Assembly (NCBI GenBank): GCA_038087875.1
Contig: JAXLNO010000275.1
Location: 1 to 64,000 of the forward strand
DNA from: Malacoraja senta
Lineage: Eukaryota
Direction of reading: 5' to 3'
DNA length: 64,000 bases
Shown here piece after piece: positions 62,673 through 64,000 of this stretch (its first letter is position 1; the number at the start of each line of letters is the position of its first letter). Position numbers and translations under genes: made by a program. Below the pieces are notes generated by a model, which was not told where the DNA came from, searched no databases, and saw only the letters and a program-made list of their open reading frames with translations.

Positions 62673-63664
62673 AATATTCACCAAAGACCGAGTTGTTGGG
62701 AGCTTCCTAAGCCCTCTAAGGAAGTAGAGTGGGCAGAATGTGGATATAAGTTCATCATTGCTCTTTTAACAGGAGGCAGGGATTGTCAAAGGAACAGTTA
62801 GACAGGGTACATGGATAGGACAGGTTTTAGAGGGATGTGGGCCAACGCGGGCAGGTGGGACTGGTGTAGATGGGGCATGTTGGGCAGGAGGGCCTGTTTC
62901 CACGCTGTACCACTCTAGGACTACGCCGCAGAGATCTGCGTGCCTGCACGCCTGGGGAAGAGACAATGGCGGTTTGAGGAGAAGGGCTGGGGTGTTTTTG
63001 AAATGGCGGCGTTTTGCGAGCACGGCCAGCCCACAATGGGCGAGGGAGCGTGGAGAGGGTGGGGAGCAGCGATGGGCAGAAACAGCACCGAGCAACACAT
63101 CGCCCTTCCCTCCGGAGGAAAAGCAACATTTCGCAAAGAGAATCGGTTCCCAGGAGTTGCCGTTGCCATAGAAACTGAGCTGCCGTTATCGTACAAAACA
63201 GAATGGGCCCAAGACCTTCCCCGCAGAGCAAAGAGATGGGGGTGGGGAGGGGGAGGGGGAGGGGAGGGGGGCGGGGAGGTGGTGAATCTGTTCTACAAAT
63301 AATTCCACTGTGAGTTTTTACAGACAAAGCTCGGTGAACGTTGAAAGCATTTACAGGCGCGTGTGTATGGGAAGGAACTGCAGGCGCTGGTTTAAACCGA
63401 AGATAGACGCAACATGCTGGAGTAACTGAGTGGGACAGGCAGCGTCTCTGGAGAGAAGGAATAGGTGACGTTTCGGGTCGAGACCCTTCCTCAGACCCTG
63501 CCATTTACAGGCACTGACCACACCGCCATTTTCAAATTCCCTTTCTCACTAGTCCCCCACAAATATATTCATTCCTCTTTTTATCCAGGAGATGGTGTCA
63601 GTCGCCATTGTAGTCAGTCTTATCTGTTTATCTGCACAGTGTTCACACCTGCAGCTGCAAGAAC

Positions 63665-63666
63665 AG

Positions 63667-63739
<73 letters not shown>

Positions 63740-63815
63740 TACACACACAGATACACACATGCACACACAGATACACACAGATACACACACAGACACACAC
63801 ACAGATACACACACA

Positions 63816-63875
<60 letters not shown>

Positions 63876-63898
63876 TACACACACACACACACACACAG

Positions 63899-63972
<74 letters not shown>

Positions 63973-64000
63973 TACACACACAAGATACACACATGCACAC
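63665..64000. repeat. (CA)n microsatellite with AGAT interruptions
   Basis: Seen directly; runs off the window end. Confidence 0.97.

Overview
Repeat-dense vertebrate genomic DNA, most likely from a cartilaginous fish (skate or ray; inferred from the HE1/V-SINE-like and CR1 repeat complement), with one 200-N assembly gap at 42803-43002. The only recognisable host gene is a NOVA-family KH-domain splicing factor, best matching NOVA2, on the minus strand. Two exons are visible: the 144-nt KH1 exon (13035-13178) and the terminal KH2-linker-KH3 exon (57845-58874), which carries a +1 frameshift in a homopolymer. The two exons lie in the wrong order for one minus-strand gene and sit on opposite sides of the gap, which implies either mis-scaffolding or a duplicated locus. 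The rest is V-SINEs, CR1, Rex1/Babar and other LINE ends, hAT and PIF/Harbinger-like MITEs, and CA/GA mini- and microsatellites; these repeats explain almost all long ORFs in the track. The main hidden structure is a very abundant Penelope-like-element terminus carrying a minimal hammerhead ribozyme motif (CTGAAGA-A-GGGT-nnnn-RCCC-GAAACGTY). It recurs as fold-back units inserted with 12-15 bp target-site duplications. A YCAY-triplet minisatellite (NOVA's own binding motif) lies on the gene's sense strand downstream of the stop codon. Family assignments are from recalled consensus motifs, not from database searches.
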